NCBI GenBank assembly: GCA_040437565.1
Contig: JBDOQK010000003.1
Coordinates: 868,001 to 932,000 of the forward strand
DNA from: Albugo candida
Taxonomy: Eukaryota
Length of the DNA stretch: 64,000 nucleotides
Direction of reading: 5' to 3'
The translations under genes and the position numbers were made by a program. Under the pieces are notes generated by a model. That model saw only the letters and a list, made by a program, of their open reading frames with translations, did no database searches and was not told the origin of the DNA. Shown here one piece after another: positions 48,735 to 61,023 of the stretch (its first letter is position 1; every line of letters starts with the position of its first letter).

Positions 48735-50837
48735 TTAATCAAATGTCTTTTTGCTTCCTTGGAAATCCTGGATTGTGGTGGGCTGTCGACTTGGAGGTCC
48801 ATCACGACCACGTCCTCGACCACCACGACCAAAACTGCCACGACCGCCACGACCTCCGCCCCGACCGAAACCTCCTCTTCCACGGCCTCCACCTCGACCG
48901 TTATCAAAGCCACCTCGACCTCCACCCCGACCGTTATCAAAACCACCTCGACCTCCACCTCGACCTCCCCGTCCAAAACTACGTCCACCACGACCACCAC
49001 GGCCTCCACGCCCGCCTTCGCCATCATTTTGCTGACGTTGTTTGGCATAGTTTACACGCAGATATCGCCCCCCAAAACTACTTCCATGTAGCTTGATGGC
49101 TTCATCGGCTGCTTCGGTTGTGGTGAATTCGACGTACCCAATACCTCGAAATTCTCCTGTTTCACGATCTGTCAGAAGACGACATTCTGCAATTTCACCA
49201 CATTCGCCAAAGAACTCACATACGGTATTTTCATCCGCATCCCACGGCAAATTACCGACGAACGCTGTAGTGCAATTCTCAGGTTTCTCCAAAACATCAT
49301 TTGCCAATTCGATTTTGAGCCATCGTCCGCCGAAATCCGACCCATCAAGTACCAGTGCGGCTTCAGCTTCAGATGGAGAAGAAAATTGGACCCTTGCTCT
49401 ACCTGAAGGCCTACCATCACCTTGTGTTTCCATTCGAACGTTTTTGATCGTGCCACATGATTCGAATCGCTCACGTATTTCATCTTCAGTAGCTTCCCAC
49501 GGTAACCCGGAAATGTAAATTTCTACTTTTTCAGTCGATTTCGACTGTTTGGAATCTTTCGGATTGGAGGAAGGAGCTTCCGCTGAACGCTTCTTTGACT
49601 TTATGATAGTCGTAGCATCATCCTCGCTATCTGAGCTTCCTGCTGTTTTCTGCTTTTTGGATTTGGTTTTGTCAGCTTTGACTTCGGAGCTCGAACTTGA
49701 ACTATCACTATCGCTAGACGAGTCTTCTTTTGTCTCAATATTTCGCTTCTTTCCAGGCTTGGCTCTTGCTTCATCTTCTGAAGAATCAGAACTACTTGAA
49801 TCAGATGAATCTTTTTTAGAAGATTTTACTGGCGCGGTTTTCTTTTCATCCGAAGACTCGGAGCTGCTTTCATCCGAAGACGACTCTTCTTTTTTGGCCA
49901 CAACGGCTTTAGTACCCTTCACAGGTTTCTCTTCTTCTTCCGAGGAATCAGAGCTGTCGCTAGACGATTCTTCTTTCTTCTTGTTGACTGCCACCGCTAC
50001 TTTCTTGGACGCAGGTTTTTCATCTTCATCTGAGGAATCCGAGTCACTCGATGAGTCTGTGCTCTTGGCTACCGTTTTGCCGTTGCTCGCCAATGGTTTG
50101 CTCTTCACCACAGGCTTGTCATCGTCATTTGAGGAATCGGAGCTATCACTGGAAGAATCCTCTTTCTTCGTTTTCTTTGGTGCTGCTGCTTTGGATGGCA
50201 CTTCGTCTTCCTCTGACGACTCTGAACTGCTGTCATTACTCGACTCTTTCTTTTGATTCACGGAGGCTTTGTTCCCTTTCACAACTTTCTCATCTTCATC
50301 GGAGGAATCAGAAGTATCATCTGATTCTTCTGTCTTTTTCTGAGAATTTTTCAATTTCACAATTTGACTTGATTTTTTATCATCGTCAGATGACTCCGAG
50401 CTGCTATCGGATGACTCTTTCTTCGCTGTGACTGTTTTTTTCTTTTTTTCCACAGGCTTTTCATCTTCGTCTGAGGAATCAGAACTACTATCAGAGCTTT
50501 CTTGCTTGACGACCACTTTCTTTTTCTCAATTTTGGATGACTTTGTCTCTTTCTTGTTTTTGGAAGTTTTAGATGCGGAGACTTGAGTGTTTTTTTGTGC
50601 TTTCAAAGCGGGTTCCTCATCGCTATCGCTATCCGATGAGGAATTCTGTGCTTTCAGATTGAGTTTGGTTGGTTCAGATTTCACGTCCACTTTTCCTTTC
50701 GATTTAGATCGTTTCTTTGCATCCTTCTTGGGTGTGGATTGCTTGGCGATTGCAGTACTGGTGTCGCTTTTCTTCGACACAGAAACACCGTTTTCATGCT
50801 TGTCTTTGCGTTGACTGGTCTTGGACTTCTTGGCCAT
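48735..50837 (-). CDS. NCL: Nucleolin/Nsr1/Gar2-like protein
   Basis: Alternating basic and Ser/acidic repeats, two RRMs (IYISGLPW..., AFVGNLPW...RGIGYVEF), a C-terminal RGG/GAR box and FQGSKKTFD. Confidence 0.93.
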   Translation of the reverse strand: MAKKSKTSQRKDKHENGVSVSKKSDTSTAIAKQSTPKKDAKKRSKSKGKVDVKSEPTKLNLKAQNSSSDSDSDEEPALKAQKNTQVSASKTSKNKKETKSSKIEKKKVVVKQESSDSSSDSSDEDEKPVEKKKKTVTAKKESSDSSSESSDDDKKSSQIVKLKNSQKKTEESDDTSDSSDEDEKVVKGNKASVNQKKESSNDSSSESSEEDEVPSKAAAPKKTKKEDSSSDSSDSSNDDDKPVVKSKPLASNGKTVAKSTDSSSDSDSSDEDEKPASKKVAVAVNKKKEESSSDSSDSSEEEEKPVKGTKAVVAKKEESSSDESSSESSDEKKTAPVKSSKKDSSDSSSSDSSEDEARAKPGKKRNIETKEDSSSDSDSSSSSSEVKADKTKSKKQKTAGSSDSEDDATTIIKSKKRSAEAPSSNPKDSKQSKSTEKVEIYISGLPWEATEDEIRERFESCGTIKNVRMETQGDGRPSGRARVQFSSPSEAEAALVLDGSDFGGRWLKIELANDVLEKPENCTTAFVGNLPWDADENTVCEFFGECGEIAECRLLTDRETGEFRGIGYVEFTTTEAADEAIKLHGSSFGGRYLRVNYAKQRQQNDGEGGRGGRGGRGGRSFGRGGRGGGRGGFDNGRGGGRGGFDNGRGGGRGRGGFGRGGGRGGRGSFGRGGRGRGRDGPPSRQPTTIQDFQGSKKTFD

Positions 50838-51096
50838 TGCTTTAATTGTTATTTGAATGCAATCGATCGAGCGACATGAAATCGAAATGATTGGAGGATA
50901 CACATGCTACATTCGCGCGACATTGCATAAACCGATATACCTTTACAGTCAGTATTTCTCCGCTCCAACGATCGGCTCTCGCGCACACAATTTCGCACGC
51001 CATTTTTCTTGGTGTTTATTTTATGTATTTCGGTCAAAAGGAAGCCCTGGACTTACGTATAAGAACCTGAGCGCACACAAACAATACATTAAAAGT

Positions 51097-52067
51097 ATGG
51101 CACAAGCGAATATTGAGGATAACAATAAGGAGCAACCACCGATCCACAACGAATCAGATTACTCTGATGAAGAAGAGAACAACATTGTGGATTCCAATGA
51201 AAATGCCGTTATGCAAGAAATGCTTCAAGGGAAATTAAAGGATACATCCAACCTGTCCCTGACACCTCTGTCTTCCAATGCATTGCTTTTGGCGAACCAG
51301 CAACAACTTTATCAGGCCCAAGTTCATTCAAATGTTGGCCAGCAGCGATCGCAGTTATTTGATAGTAAACGAATGAATCGAGTTTCCTTCAGCTCGTGGT
51401 ATGAATTTGATTCATACTTTGAAACGTACATGCATGAAACATTTCAGCCGTTCCGCATGCGATCCTCATGCAGTGTTGACGCTTACAGACGAAATCAGCA
51501 AAAAGTTATGATGAACAATAAAAATTCAAGAGGAAGAAGAATGGAGTTTCCGGATTCAGCGATTCATCATCATCGAATCTATATGTGCACACACGCTATG
51601 AAAGCAAGATGTCGAGGTGCTACAACTCGACCTGGACAAAAATACCGTGGAATTGGTTGTATCGCCAAGATAAATGTTAAAATCAGCCCATCCGATAATC
51701 CTTCAAAGTACATGGTGATTGTCACGGATCAGGTAAGAGATTCATTGTGTGTTAATGAAGCCAACTGTTTGCTTCTTCATAGGTTGTCACTCATAATCAT
51801 CCAATCAGTCGAGAAATATACGAATCGTACCCGGACGTTGTACTGCGAACCATGCGACGTAATCAGCTATCAGCTAGTCTTTTGACACGACAGCCAACCA
51901 TCAAATTTGAAAGTGCTCAACAATCACAGAAATACGAACGCGTGGTATCACTGCTTAATCCTATCGCGGATGCAATGGCTCGTCTTCAGAATGATGAATT
52001 TGAAGTGCAATTCCAACGACTTCAAAAGCTTTACACAGACGTCATTACGGACGATGCCCATGTTTGA
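51097..52067 (+). CDS. FAR1/WRKY-GCM1-like zinc DNA-binding domain protein (MULE-transposase-derived); intron 51733-51782
   Basis: FSSWYEF..Y...TFQPFRMRSS...YMCTH...GCIAKINV...VTDQ|VVTHNHP gives the CxH..C..HNH pattern. No DDE domain follows. Confidence 0.7.
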
Positions 52068-52103
52068 AGATAATACATATGCTTCGATTTCGCTAGCTGA
52101 TAT

Positions 52104-52481
52104 CTAGTCTCTTGTATTTAAAGCCTGACTGGCTAATTCGTCGAGTGCGAGATCGGTCCACGCTCTACGCTTTCTCTTGTCCATCGGTTTATCCGTGCTG
52201 TCTGGAAATATGATTGTCATAAAAAGATCGATACTTGGACATTCATTACCTTCGGTTTCCTTTCGATCGATGTCAAACGTTACAATTTCTATGAGACAAA
52301 CATTCAGACTGAGACGGGATGAATGATCTACGTGCCGTCATCTGAGAGACAGTCGGCAATCCACGCGTTGTCAATGACATCTAATAGATATCCCTTCCGC
52401 AATCCAAATGGAACTTTACTATCCTTCCACACAGGTCTTCATCAAGTAATTAGCTTGCGCGCATCTTGAGACACATACCAT
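52104..52481 (-). CDS. APC13: Anaphase-promoting complex subunit 13 (Apc13/Swm1), 4 exons; absent from the ORF track
   Basis: The spliced product M|DSKVPFGLRKGYLLDVIDNAWIADCLSDD|EIVTFDIDRKETE|DSTDKPMDKRKRRAWTDLALDELASQALNTRD* matches the APC13 motifs LDLIDDAW and KWTDLAL. Confidence 0.85.
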
Positions 52482-52528
52482 CATTCACTTCACTCGGGTT
52501 GAATTATAGCCACTTAGAATTATTGGAC

Positions 52529-53111
52529 ATGGGACGTTCGCGACGAAGAAATGGGATGAGAAGGAAGACAGAAAAAAGCGTACCGAATGGTAAAATTGAC
52601 GGATTTTGTATGCTGATAAGCTTACTCATACGTTTCACATTCAGAGAGCGTCGTGGCAACGTTTGGAAAGGAAGCAGACTGGAGCTCTGAAAATATATAT
52701 GAGGAAGAGAAAGACTTATCCAACAGTGCAGGTCTTACCAGAGGACAAAGAAAGCGACAAAAACGGCATGGAGCATTTTTGAAGAAAATGGGACTAGTGA
52801 CAAGACTCTCAAAGGCGCACGACTCTAAAGAGAAAGAAAAGATAAGAGATGGTGCATTTGCCGATCTGAAAGAGTTGAAAGACTCTCTTTCAGTAGACAA
52901 TACAACTGTAGCTGGTGTGGCTACTGAAAAGCTCAAGAAACGTCAAAGTACAGCACAACGAAGAAAAATGGCAGCACTCGAGGTGAAGCAGCTTGTGGCA
53001 GTCAAAACTCATCCGGCGTTCATAGAAGACCCATTTTTAGCAATTAAAACACATCTCTGCAACACGCTACTTGCTCCACTTTCTGTAGCCCACAAAGCAA
53101 CAGCTACTTAG
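52529..53111 (+). CDS. SLX9: Slx9/FAM207A-like ribosome biogenesis protein, 1 intron
   Basis: Basic N-terminus, LTRGQRKRQKRHGAFLKK, and C-terminal EVKQLVAVKTHPAFIEDPFLAIKTHL. Confidence 0.75.
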
Positions 53112-53160
53112 TGAGCGTGTAGTGAGATTCGACTTTTATTAAGCATTTAGAAGACTTGTT

Positions 53161-56100
53161 TCAAGCATCTACATGCATGGTATCATTGAAGAAGTACAGG
53201 TTCTCGTCTCGATACTGCAATGACTTAAAATCTCTTTCGGAGACAATAACTACTCGCTTTTGTATTTGATACGACCTGATCCATCTCTCTTGCGCATTCT
53301 CTCGCGTCACACTCATCACATCTTTCCCTCTATATTACATCATTGCGTATAAGTTGCGTGTATCACAACCAAATATCAGAATATACCGTTTCAACACTCG
53401 AACTCTAATATCGATTTCTTCTCTTTCCTTTCGCGCATGTTGTCGTTTCAACTCTAAGATCTCACATATACTGTACATAGAAAAGTGATCGGCAAACACA
53501 CAGCTGTGTCCATCCAAGTTGGCTTGTATCATTTCGCCAATGTGCAGTTTTAATACATGTGAATCGACGATTTTCGCGATGATACTTTGCACATTTTCAC
53601 CGAGCCTTGGCACATCAAAAATGTCATTCTTTGGATCCACAAGCCGCTAAAGACAACAAATTGACAATATACCTTGATGAACGATCAACACACTTTCTTA
53701 CCTGCTGAATAACGCATTCCGAGATCCAAGCAAAGTCTTTGATCGGAATACGATATTGCGCATAATACAGACTGCACGTCTGATCTCACGATTTGAATCG
53801 ATAGATAAATGAAACAAGCAATCGAATCATTTCCATACCTCTGTGTATTCTTCGGATAAAATGATATCGACAGGCTCAGTCGTTGAGACTGAGAGGCCTT
53901 CAATAACTTTAGTTGCACCACAGCATGTCGCAATGGATGTCATTACATGAGCCAATTCTCTGGTGGATGCGACTTTGTCTTTTTCCACGTCCAATGGACA
54001 ACCGATTGTCAGTCCAGCAAATAACTGGGGATTCCGCACAGGAAAACATTCGTATTTTCTGGATAAGCGGGAGTAACCCGACGGAAGTCGGAAAGTAGAA
54101 CAATCAACAATTGAATTTGTCTTGATGCAAGTATGAAGCCATTCCGTGTGAACGACAGGAATTCCCCGCGCCACAGCGTACATGAATTTCATTTTGCGCC
54201 AAGCATTTGGAGTTGCCAGAAGTATCACATTCGTAATGTCGGGTCTTTGTAGTACCTCCTCATCGAATACGACTCCTCCATATGCTTTTATGAGAGCAGA
54301 GAGCTGNNNNNNNNNNNNNNNNNNNNNNNNNNNNNNNNNNNNNNNNNNNNNNNNNNNNNNNNNNNNNNNNNNNNNNNNNNNNNNNNNNNNNNNNNNNNNN
54401 NNNNNNCACAGGAAAACATTCGTATTTTCTGGATAAGCGGGAGTAACCCGACGGAAGTCGGAAAGTAGAACAATCAACAATTGAATTTGTCTTGATGCAA
54501 GTATGAAGCCATTCCGTGTGAACGACAGGAATTCCCCGCGCCACAGCGTACATGAATTTCATTTTGCGCCAAGCATTTGGAGTTGCCAGAAGTATCACAT
54601 TCGTAATGTCGGGTCTTTGTAGTACCTCCTCATCGAATACGACTCCTCCATATGCTTTTATGAGAGCAGAGAGCTGAATTACTACAGATGCTGAGAAACC
54701 TGACAAGCAAAATACGATTCTATGCTGAAATAGTTTTCTGGGTAGTAACAAGTGAATGCGATATAATGGAGTCGGAAGTAGAGACTTGCAAGTCATTGTG
54801 TGTTTGTATTCCGGTGATTGTACCCCATCACCATATTTACTGTTTGCGGGATTCACAGAGAATGCTGACATCAGATCATGTGATACTTTATTGTTTCGAA
54901 GACGCTTCCTGGATCTTGAATGGTACAATGGAATTCCTGCATCCGGTGACAAAAAACTCCGCTTCGTGTCAGCGCTTATGTTATCTGGACATTCATATGT
55001 GTCAGCTCCGTGGACTCGTGGGGGACTACACATTTTGGCAGTCTTCGTCTTTTCCTCGGCATTACTGTCTGATATCAACAAACCTTCCTCTTCATTGGAT
55101 GCATTGATAATGGAAGAGATTTGAGAGTCATAAGTTTGCTGAGATTCCATTCCAAACTGAAATTCCAGTGTTTTGGAAGCTATCTCTTCCATTTCTTTCT
55201 TCCGATCTTCCGTATCTGTTTCTTCATGTTCACAATTACATATTCTTTCTCCACAGTTGCACGGAACAGAATCCACAAAGTCGAATGCATTGAGTCGATC
55301 TTGATTCGCATGCAACGTAGCCCCTTTGTCGCGTTTACGTAAGGCTTTGGTCTTTTTTCTCGATACTGAATCAGGCAATGATTTCGCTATAGTAAAAGAA
55401 TCATGATCTTCTGAATCGCTATCATATCTGGTGTCATTGTCACTGATTGCAGTCTGACTGCTCGTCTCATTACTCAAAGTCTCAGNNNNNNNNNNNNNNN
55501 NNNNNNNNNNNNNNNNNNNNNNNNNNNNNNNNNNNNNNNNNNNNNNNNNNNNNNNNNNNNNNNNNNNNNNNNNNNNNNNNNNNNNCAACATACCTTCAGA
55601 GTCATTTGCATTCGTTCCGTCATGAGCCTTTCGCCCATTATCGTCATTTTGGTGCTTATTCTCATTCTTCACCCGTTCCCCCTTCCAAATAACATCTTCC
55701 GTGACATCCTTTCTTTCTGGAAGATCCAGCGCATTGGTACCATCCTCCTCCTTCTGCTTCTCGTCGCCATACTTGTTCTCGGATTCGACACTATTAACTG
55801 TTTTTGTCTCGCTGGATTCCACTGTATTGATCTCCAGAAAAGGGATCTCTTCAATCTCATCCCCATTCAGTGCAAATTCGTGGATGTGAATTTAACTTTC
55901 CTTCAGTTGTTGTGTATATTTCCTTTGTCGTGTACGTCTACTCCTATACCAAAGACGTCAATGATACCGGCCGAGGATTTGTGACTGTCGTCTGCATGCT
56001 CTAGTAACTTTCCTTGTTCTGAAGAGATTGTCTCTTTGATGTCGATAGTTCTGCTGTCGTAGCAAGTAGCACATCTGAAAGACTATTGTTTTGTATTGTG

Positions 56101-56900
56101 CTTCATTGTTCAAATTGTTGACGTAATTTTGTGAGAAGGGATCACTTGCTGCCAAAAGGACATTTCTTGGGTTTCCCAACAGATTGTTTTCAGCTATTTC
56201 GACTTTTTTTACGCAGCAACTGACAAAGAAACGCTAAAAGACATCTTTTCGCACCATCATTATTGTTCCACTGTTCGCGACAGATGCTAGGACTATGTAC
56301 TGTAGACCTGGTGCAAACTTCTTGACGATCTCTGCTGGTGGATGACTGCAATGTTGTATCTAAGATTACGGTCGGAAGGTATCGAGAAGGGTAATCGCAA
56401 ACCTCTTACATCAGTTCGGATAATTTTGTGTAGTTTTCAGGCTCTTCGGCATATACTGCAACCATCTCGCCGAAAATGCTGATTAATTGTATATGAGTAT
56501 GGAAGAAAAAGCTGCGTGTGTAGGACATCAATCAGATCGTTGCTACCCTAGGGAGGCATATATTAGAGCACAATACTTTGTATTTACCAGGAAAATCAAA
56601 GTCGCCTGTACTTCACGACAAGTCTACATTTCGAGAAGGGAGTAGAACTGGTTTGGAATGGTGCTCTCCAACTAAGCGATTGGAATTTCTATTAAAGAAC
56701 CACATAGTTGCATTGTTGCTAGCTGTTCTGAATGAAAGGTACATATGGGTAAGATTCACTAGCCTCTGAACAAGTCTTGAATTCAGTATATGTATGATTT
56801 ATGCTGCCAAATGAATCAAATGATAATGCAGAGTGCACGAATGCCCAATGAAAGTGAATGTATTTCCAACTCCTTCTTCGAACTTCAATGAACCGGCTTA
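53161..56900 (-). CDS. Large multi-exon protein with disordered acidic N-terminal region and C-terminal tandem BRCT domains (Rad9/53BP1/MDC1-like); 5' end uncertain
   Basis: BRCT1: FCLSGF...LIKAYGG...KMKFMYAVARGIPVVHTEWLHTC. BRCT2: LFAGLTIG...CGA...W. Some SQ sites. Two N-gaps lie inside. Confidence 0.75.
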
Positions 56901-57592
56901 AAAACATCGAGCCCAAAAAATGTATCTTGGTCCCAACTGCAAAAAAATAAAATACTAAAATCCGCAGAGTTCTGACTCGCATATAATTAGACTTGATATC
57001 AGAGTGTTCGTATCGGTTTGAGCTTCAAGTAACAAGAAATCACGAAGGAGTGGCAGAAGCGAGGAACTACCTCTATGAAGAATCGAGGACACATCCTAAA
57101 ATGATACAATATGTTCCTAACGCGTCTATCAAAGCCTACTGACATGTCGGTAGATAATTCATATAGTTTCTTGTGAGCTGCATTCAAATCTCGAGCATGA
57201 ATGTGGAGCTGAGATGGAGCACCATGGTGCTGGATATTATTCTGACAACGTTGCTATTATGTAAATAACTCATTTCGGGTGTGCTCCACACTAATCACAA
57301 TTCCGAGCTGTCAATCGATCATGGCAACTGAAGATGATATCGATCTGGATGATTTACTTGATGGTATTTCGACCATTGATAAAGTGAAAACGACGCTAAT
57401 GATAGTTTGTGAATAGACGCTTTGAATGATTTTGAAGATGAGATAGAAACAGCGAGTAAGATACAATGACATATTTCTGGCTTGATGGTGTATTCATGCC
57501 GCTCTTTAGACGCTGAGAAGCAACTGCACATCACACACGAGGTTTTTTTTGCAACAACTATCTCTTTTACGTCTCTGACAGTGTTTGAGTCA

Positions 57593-58531
57593 ATGCAGCA
57601 CGACAAAAAAACGCAAACAAAGGCAACCAGTTCTAATATACAAAATGTACTGGAACGTGCCTATCAGGAGATCACTGAAACACGTACAGCAGCATACAGA
57701 TCGTATCATCGCTTCTAATTATTCTTACTCAATAGACGATCAAGATCCGACACATGATTCAGTTGATAAAGCCAACAAGGAAACATTAGGTGGCCAGGCA
57801 AGGCTTGATGTAGAATCAAAAGTTGCAGAGACCTTGAAGGTAGAATTGATAATGACCATACTAGCGCGCAGTTTTGATAAAATGGTGGGCACAGAATATG
57901 GCTAAAGCTGCTGAAGAAGCAGGTGGTTTAGAGTCTACAGAAATGGACCACATGGGAGAAGAGATGATGAAAGAAATGCTCGAAGGTTTGGGAGAAATGG
58001 GAGTGGGGGATAAAGTGAGGCTCTCCGATTCATGGCGCTGAGTGAATGAGCCTTCCTGACGGTCTTTGACCTTCCATTAGGATAATTTTCAGAGTCTTGT
58101 GGACAACATGATGCAGCAGCTTCTGAACAAAGACGTTATGTATGATCCGATCAAACAAATTTGCGATAAAGTAAGCTTTCTAGCTACAACTCTTGCGTTA
58201 ATGTCATGTCCTTTAGTATCCAGAGTGGTTGGCTGAGAAAAAGTCTACAATATCAAAAGAAGATTATGAAAGGTATTGTATCAAGATTGTCGATGGTGGC
58301 CAATAGTAATGTGTTGCCGTAAGATATGGAAAACAGTATCAGCATTTCCAACAGATTGTTGCAGTATATGCCGAAGAGCCTGAAAACTACACAAAATTAT
58401 CCGAATTGATGCAAGAGGTTTGCGATTACCCTTCTCGGTACCTTTCAAATATCTTAACGTAGTCGTAGATACAAGAATGCGGTCATCCACCAGCAGAGAT
58501 CGTCAAGGAGTTGGCACCAGGTCTACAGTTT
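57593..58531 (+). CDS. PEX19: Peroxin 19, 3' end lost in the N-gap
   Basis: MMQQLLNKDVMYDPIKQICDK|YPEWL, DYER|YGKQ, LMQE|IQECGHPPAEIVKELAPG. Confidence 0.92.
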
Positions 58532-58699
58532 NNNNNNNNNNNNNNNNNNNNNNNNNNNNNNNNNNNNNNNNNNNNNNNNNNNNNNNNNNNNNNNNNNNNN
58601 NNNNNNNNNNNNNNNNNNNNNNNNNNNNNNNTGCGAATTTTATACTGCTTAAATTAAGTCTGTATCTAAATCTACTGCTGCAAGTGTTGCTGGTGTGTT

Positions 58700-59150
58700 G
58701 GTGCTACTGTTGCTTCTTGACGGCAGGTTCTGGCATTGTGACCTTTCTTTTGGCATTTTCGACATCTTCCGCGATGCACAGGAGCATCAAAGCAGCGCTA
58801 ACATGCTCAAACTTCGATAAAAGTCGCTACGCTGAGCTCGATGGCTAAGCACGCGTGTGCACTGGCACAGGATCGCGAATTTCTGTCTCTGGGACTGCCA
58901 AGACATAGTCTAGAGGCGCACTCTTACGATGATTGGAAGCATTCCTATACTCATCATTTATCCTCTTTAATGCTATCTCAATTCCGATTGGCATGATCCC
59001 ATCGTCAATATGAACTGGCATTGGCTTCACCAGCCACCAATGCTGATCAAACTCGTTAGCAGATAGCGGTATTATTAGTTGACGAAAAGCATGGTCGCAA
59101 GGATAGCCCATTGCAGCTGTCGTCAGCCTACAGGTAAATCAAAGTTGCAG
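58700..59150 (-). mobile_element. MULE/Mutator transposase C-terminal remnant (SWIM finger)
   Basis: TCRLTTAAMGYPCDH is a SWIM-type GxPCxH, followed by FDQHW, IRDP and a SKFEHV-like tail, with stops. Confidence 0.55.
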
Positions 59151-59299
59151 GAGACAACAGTGTGTTATATATATTCTCTATTTTTTCCGTTGCATCTATT
59201 AGGACCATTCAGAGGCTACAATTGTCATTAATTTATGGAGAGTGGGGGCTGATTAACGATTCCCGTAATTTTAAGGGTCAATGTTGAGGTGGTCAACGA

Positions 59300-61023
59300 T
59301 TGAAACAAAAGCATACACGATGGTGGAAACATGCAAAAGACTGGATATCTGTTTTTGAGAGAAAAGGGGTTCCAAATATTTACCGACCACCGCAATTTAC
59401 ATTTCATTTTCGAACCACATGGCACTATTGCTCGATACAGAGCAGACAAACTACAAATTTGGGCCATGGTTCTCCAAATGTTTAGATATACGTTGAAGCA
59501 TGTGGCAGGTGAAATAAACGCATGGGGTGATTTATTATCACGATAGGGGAGCCCTAGACATAAAGTGGTCAAGCAAATAGCACCGAAATGCTGTACATTA
59601 GCAATGGTCGAAGATATCTCCCCTCTGGAAAATGAACATTTTTAATGGCCTTCCTTAGATGAAACCAGGGAGATACAGGAAAAAGAGCGCAAACACCTGA
59701 TCCATTGGGATCTGGTAAAGGATGTCGAGAGTTCCATATGGGTTGATAGAAAAAACGTATATGGATACCAACCAGATGCAGCTATCAGCTTACAAAAGAG
59801 GCTATGTGTCCTAGCTCATGCTGGCTCAGCAGGCCATTGTGGGATGGCTACAACACTATGCATACTAGCAGAGCATATCGTATGGAAGACAATAGAGTCA
59901 GATGTGAGAAAGTTTGTAGAAAATTGCTTACATTGTTTGGTGGCGAACGGAGGAATTTGTCTAAAACCTTATGGGGAGACGCTACGACCAACCAAACCGA
60001 ACGAAATAATGCACTTTGATTTCTTGACCGTGCATAAAGGATTTCATGAATTCTGTTAGGTATTGGTATCAAAAAATGGGATGAGCGGATTCTGCGAGCT
60101 GATACCAACAAGGATGGCTAACACGGAGGTGACCTTCCAGGCGCTCCTGGGATGGATTAAGCTATATGGTGTGAATCTATGGTGGGTATCGGATCAAGGC
60201 TTCCATTCAAATCATGGAGTAAATATAAAAAATATTGGGTGCCTAACACCATTTCGTCACGGCGTGTTGCCCGTGAGAAAATGGAACGGTGGAGGTCATA
60301 AATTGTCAGGTCCAAATCAGCTTCCATATAGTACGAAATATTGGAATTGCCCTAGTCACGGCTTTCACTGGATTGTCGCGACAAGATCCGATCATTGTAC
60401 TGTACTAGCCACCGGCAGGAACGCATTTTTTCTCGTGCTGAGACGTTGCAAGCTACGCTGGACGACATGCATCATTGAGCGTTCGACGCGTCACAGAAGA
60501 GAAATTACGCTGCGAGACGTAAACACAATAACAAGCACGGCGTGTCTCCCGTGCATTTCGAGATTGCGATTTTGTTCTATCTGGAATGTTATACGACAAA
60601 CAAAAAAAAGCTCATGTTACATTAGAAGGAACCTTATCGGGTCGTGAAAACATTAAACGGTTGGGTTTCCGACATACAAGAGAGTTAGCCGTTTTCTATT
60701 GTTAGCCGGCATGTCACGAGATTAGAATTCTACAGCGAGCGATATTTTGGAAGTTACGCAAGATTTGCAAGACTACAAGGTGCATGCCAATGGTGGAAAT
60801 TTGGTGAAAAAGTTTCTGGAATGCCGTATCAACCCAGATACACATCAGTGGGAGGGCTCTAGTTTAGTGGATCGATTTGGATGCTGCGGAAAACAGCTGG
60901 GAGCCTGCAAGCATTCTGCTGGGAGATGTCCCGGTTTACTACAAAAGATGGGTGGCATCCGATCCTGAGGCGAAAGCTTTGTGAACTTCAATTCGCACTG
61001 AAGGTTCGTGAAGGAGAGAGAAA
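59300..61023 (+). mobile_element. Degenerate Ty3/Gypsy (chromovirus-like) pol: RNase H, integrase, chromodomain
   Basis: RNase H: FQIFTDHRNL and HVAGEINAWGDLLSR. HHCC finger: LAHAGSAGH...CLHC. rve core: PNEIMHFDF and VSDQG. Chromodomain: FDAAENSWEPA. Many frameshifts. A purine tract GAAGGAGAGAGAAA precedes TG at ~61010-61024. Confidence 0.88.

Noticed and set aside
48704-50431. Thr-rich, Pro/Arg-rich and Ser-rich alternative or antisense ORFs over nucleolin
   Set aside because: Shadow frames of the RGG and Ser/acidic low-complexity repeats.
8335-54676. Other direct repeats around gaps (8335-8566, 14100-15577, 24559-24790, 47623-48108, 54037-54676)
   Set aside because: Each abuts a 100-N gap and looks identical on both sides, so they are not biological repeats, TSDs or CRISPR arrays.
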